Assembly (NCBI RefSeq): GCF_009914755.1
Contig: NC_060943.1
Reading direction: 5' to 3' (one strand)
DNA from: the human T2T-CHM13v2.0 reference genome, Homo sapiens
DNA length: 64,000 nt
Part shown: piece by piece, positions 57,977 through 64,000 of the stretch
Layout: the number at the start of each line of letters is the position of its first letter
Numbering within the stretch: the stretch's first letter is position 1
Made by a program: the position numbers and the translations under genes
The notes under the pieces: generated by a model
The model's database searches: none
What the model was told of the DNA's origin: nothing
What the model saw: the letters and a program-made list of their open reading frames with translations, nothing else

Positions 57977-58981
57977 TGTAGGGACCAGCCCCACAGGGTC
58001 AGTGGGTCTCTCCCTGTGTGCGGCGACGAGAGAGTGTAGAAATAAAGACACAAGACGAAGAGATAAAAGAAAAGACAGCTGGGCCCGGGGGACCACTACC
58101 AGCAATGCGCGGAGACTGGTAGTGGCCCCGAATGTCTGGCTGTGCTGTTATTTATTGGATACAAAGCAAAAGGGGCAGGGTAAAGAGTGTGAGTCATCTC
58201 CAATGATAGGTAAGGTCATGTGGGTCACGTGTCCACTGGACAGGGGGCCCTTCCCTGCCTGGCAGCCGAGGCAGAGAGAGAGAGAGGGGACAGACAGAAA
58301 GACAGCTTATGCCATTATTTCTGCATATCAGAGACTTTTAGTACTTTCACTAAATGACTACTGCTATCTAGAAGGCAGAGCCAGGTGTACAGGATGGAAC
58401 ATGAAGGCGGACTAGGAGCGTGACCACTGAAGCACAGCATCACAGGGAGACGGTTAGGCTGCCAGATAACCGCGGGCGAGCCTGACTGATGTCAGGCCCT
58501 CCACAAGAGGTGGAGGAGCAGAGTCTTCTCCAAACTCCCCCAGGGAAAAGGAGCCTCCCTTTCCCGGTCTGCTAAGTAGTGGGTGTTGTTCCTTGACACT
58601 TTTCGCTACCGCTAGACCACTGTCCGCTCGGGCAACGGGCGTCTTCCCAGACGCTGGCGTCACCGCTAGACCAAGGAGCCCTTCTGCTGGCCCTGTCCGG
58701 GCATAACAGAAGGCTTGCACTCTTGTCTTCTGGTCACACCTCACTATGTCCCCTCAGCTCCTATCTCTGTATGGCCTGGTTTTTCCTAGGTTATGATTGT
58801 AGACCGAGGATTATTATACTATTGGGATAAAGAGTAATTACTACAAACTAATGATTAATGATATTCATATATCTCTAAGATCTATATTTGGTATAACTAT
58901 TCTTGTTTTATATTTTATTATACTGGAACAGCTCGTGTCCTCAGTCTCTTGCCTTGGCACCTGGGTGGCTTGCCGCCCACA
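57977..58981 (-). mobile_element. Solo ERV-K-class LTR (LTR13-like), about 1005 bp
   Basis: TG...CA termini; ATTAC target-site duplication (57972-76 / 58982-86); minus-strand start TGTGGGCGGCAAGCCACCCAGGTGCC matches my recollection of LTR13; internal AATAAA(-) at 58151-56. Confidence 0.85.
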
Positions 58982-59191
58982 ATTACAAATGGTGGGATGG
59001 GTGCAGTGGCTCATGCCTGCAATCCTAGTACTTTGGGAGGCTGAGATGGGAAGATTGCTTGAGGCCAGTAGTTCGAGACCAGCCTGGTCAACATAGAGAG
59101 ATCCTATCCCTATTTAAAAATAAATATATATATATATTTTAAGTACATATATTTATTTTATTTTGTTTTAATTAATTAATTAATTAATTAA

Positions 59192-59386
<195 letters not shown>

Positions 59387-59527
59387 TGACCAGGCTGGTC
59401 TTGAACTCCTGACCTCAGGTGATCTGTCTGACTCAGCCTCCCAAAGTGCTGGGATTACAGGCGTGAGCCACTGCACCTGGCCTATATTTTATTTTATATT
59501 TTTAAATATATAATGTATTTTTATATA

Positions 59528-60876
<1,349 letters not shown>

Positions 60877-61232
60877 GAAATGGAAACTGTTATGCTACCA
60901 TTCTTTTTCTTTTTTTATTTTCTTTTGAGACAGAATCTTGTCCTGTTGCCCAGGCTGGAGCGCAGTGGTGCAATCATAGCTCACTGCAGCCTTGACCTCC
61001 TGGGCTCAAGCAATCCTCTCACCTCAGCCTCTGGCGTAGCTGGGACTATATGTGTGCACCACCACGCCCAGCTAATTTTTTATTTTTTGTAGAGATGGGG
61101 GTCTCAGTATGTTTCCCAGGCTGGTCTCAAACTCCTAGGCTCCAAAGATCCTCCTGCCTCAGCCCCCGCAAAGTGTTGGAATTACAGGAGTAAGCCACTG
61201 CACCCAGCCGCTAGCATTCTTTTGGTTTTAGC

Positions 61233-61235
<3 letters not shown>

Positions 61236-61286
<51 letters not shown>

Positions 61287-61366
61287 TATATATATACACA
61301 CACATATATATACATATATATACATATATATATACACACATATATATATACACATATATATATATA
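61236..61366. repeat. (TA)n/(CA)n compound microsatellite
   Basis: Directly visible. Confidence 0.95.
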
Positions 61367-61662
61367 ATTATTATTATTTTAGAGAAACATTTCAGTTGGG
61401 CGCAGTGGTTCATGCCTGTAATCCCAGCACTTTGGAGGCTGAGGCGGGTGGATGACCTGACGTCAGGAGTTCGAGACCAGCCTGGCCAACATGGTGAAAC
61501 CCTGTCTCTACTAAAAATACAAAAACTAGCCAGGCGTAGTGGCAGGTGCCTGTAATCCCAGCTACTCAGAAGGCTGAGGCAGAAGAATCGCTTGAACCCA
61601 GAGGCAGAGGTTGCAGTGCAGTGAGATCGCGCCACTGCACTTCAGCCTGGGCGACAGAGTGA

Positions 61663-61893
<231 letters not shown>

Positions 61894-62711
61894 TAGTAGA
61901 GACAGGGTTTCACCATGTTGGCCAGGATGGTCTCGATCTCCTGACCTCGTGATCTGCCCACCTCAGCCTCCCAAAGTTCTGGGATTACAGGCGTGAGCCA
62001 CCGTGCCCGGCCAACATTTTATTTTAGAATAGTTTTAGATTTGCAGAAAAAAAACAGTGAGGATAATAGAATTTCCCACATTCCCTACACCCAATTTCCC
62101 CTCTTTTATTTATTTATTAAAGACAGGCTCTTGTTCTGTCGCCCAGGCTGGAGTGCAGTGGTGTGATCATAGCTCACTGCAGCCTTTGACCTCCTGGGCT
62201 CAAGCGATCCTCCCACCTCAGCCTCCCGAGTAGCTGGGACCACAGATGCTCAGTACCACACCTGGCTAATTTTTTTACTTTTTTTGTAGAGATGGGGTCT
62301 CACTATGTTGACCAGGCTTTTCTCAAACTCCTGGGCTCAAGCGATCCTCCTGCCTCAGCCTCCTGAGTAGCTGGGACTACAGCCACTCACCACCATCACG
62401 CCCAGCTAAGTTTTGTATTGTTTGTAGAGACGGGATCTCTGTATGTTGCCCAGGCTGGTCTCAAACTCCTGGGCTCATGTCATCCTCCTTCCTCAGCCTC
62501 CCAAGGTGCTGGGATTATAGGTGTGAACCACTGCACCTGGCTAAGAAAAAAAAAATAGGAGCAAAGATCATCCGCAACCATCCCTCAGCTGTTTCATTTC
62601 TGTTTATTACACTACATGCATATTTCACTTACTTTGGGATACTGAGATGTGGCCCCGGATGGGCTTCTGAGGACAACTCCATGCCTGTAGGAAGTCGCTG
62701 GCCCCAGGGCG

Positions 62712-63329
<618 letters not shown>

Positions 63330-63359
63330 TAGCGGGGGTGTGATAACAGCTGCTTCCCA

Positions 63360-63965
63360 GTCAATTGGAATGTCCACACAAATTAGAAACTGAAACAGTA
63401 TCTCCATCAACTCAGAGAAAACAGTAAAAAGAAAATAGGCGGTGAGATTTCTCATCAGTTACATTATTCTGACTTTAATTAGTGTCCAGGGAAACTGAAA
63501 CTATAGCTATACCTAAGATAAACATTTGAAGAAGGAGTAAAGGAAAGATTAATTTTGCAGCTGTCTCAGGGTCTGGTGGAGGGCTGATGGATGTCATCCT
63601 GTCTTTGTTTTGCACCGGGGAAAGTAAGCTTGTAATCAGTGCTGTCAGGATGAAATTCAGCAGACTGGTTCCGTGGACAAGGGGTCACATAGAGCTTGTA
63701 AACCTAAGGTTACGTATCTTTGTTTACGGGAGGCTGGACATCTTGGAAAGATTTAGGAGTAAGCAAAGAATTTACGTATGAACAATTTGTGAGGGTGATC
63801 ATCTGGAGATGTGTGAGGGCTTTTTTTTTTTTTCTTTTTGTAGGCATCTGGGTAAGCTACAATGCTTAACCACTTAACACAATCAGGAAGCAACAGCCAT
63901 GCATTCGGGAAAGGAACTTCAGTGTTGTGTGGCTCAGTCTCCAGACCTAACTTTCCCTTTGGTAC
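63360..63965 (-). mobile_element. Probable ERV1 (MER4-group-like) LTR remnant
   Basis: Ends in ctccagacctaactttccctttgg, resembling the reverse complement of MER4-group LTR 5' ends; family not resolved. Confidence 0.4.
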
Positions 63966-64000
63966 AGACGCGGTGGTACATGCCTGTAATCCCAACACTT

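Overview
Human (hominin) genomic DNA from the Alu-saturated 19p13.11 tetherin locus; the location is recognised from gene content. Three minus-strand type II membrane/coiled-coil genes can be fully spliced from canonical GT-AG sites. PLVAP has 6 exons (CDS 28014->3081, 442 aa). CCDC194/TMCC(aT) has 4 coding exons (44882->41249, 234 aa). BST2/tetherin has 4 coding exons plus 1 UTR exon (56302->54419, 180 aa). BST2 shares an ISRE/GAS bidirectional promoter with the plus-strand lncRNA BISPR. The rest is mostly Alu, plus L1, MLT1, MER20, MADE1, MIR/L2, a solo LTR13 and ERV1-type LTR remnants; nearly all other ORFs in the track are Alu artefacts. The strongest unexplained signals are: (i) phase-compatible exon-like islands on the + strand between PLVAP and CCDC194 (33240-36985), broken by Alu insertions, which may be a dead, unrecognised gene; (ii) a shared exon-1 Cys/intron-phase signature across the three paralogues; (iii) dense homotypic motif arrays, with CRE sites in the PLVAP 3'UTR and octamers in CCDC194 intron 2; (iv) a copy of the BST2-promoter ISRE inside an LTR-like element near 63.5 kb. 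Repeat family names come from memory of consensus sequences, not from a search.
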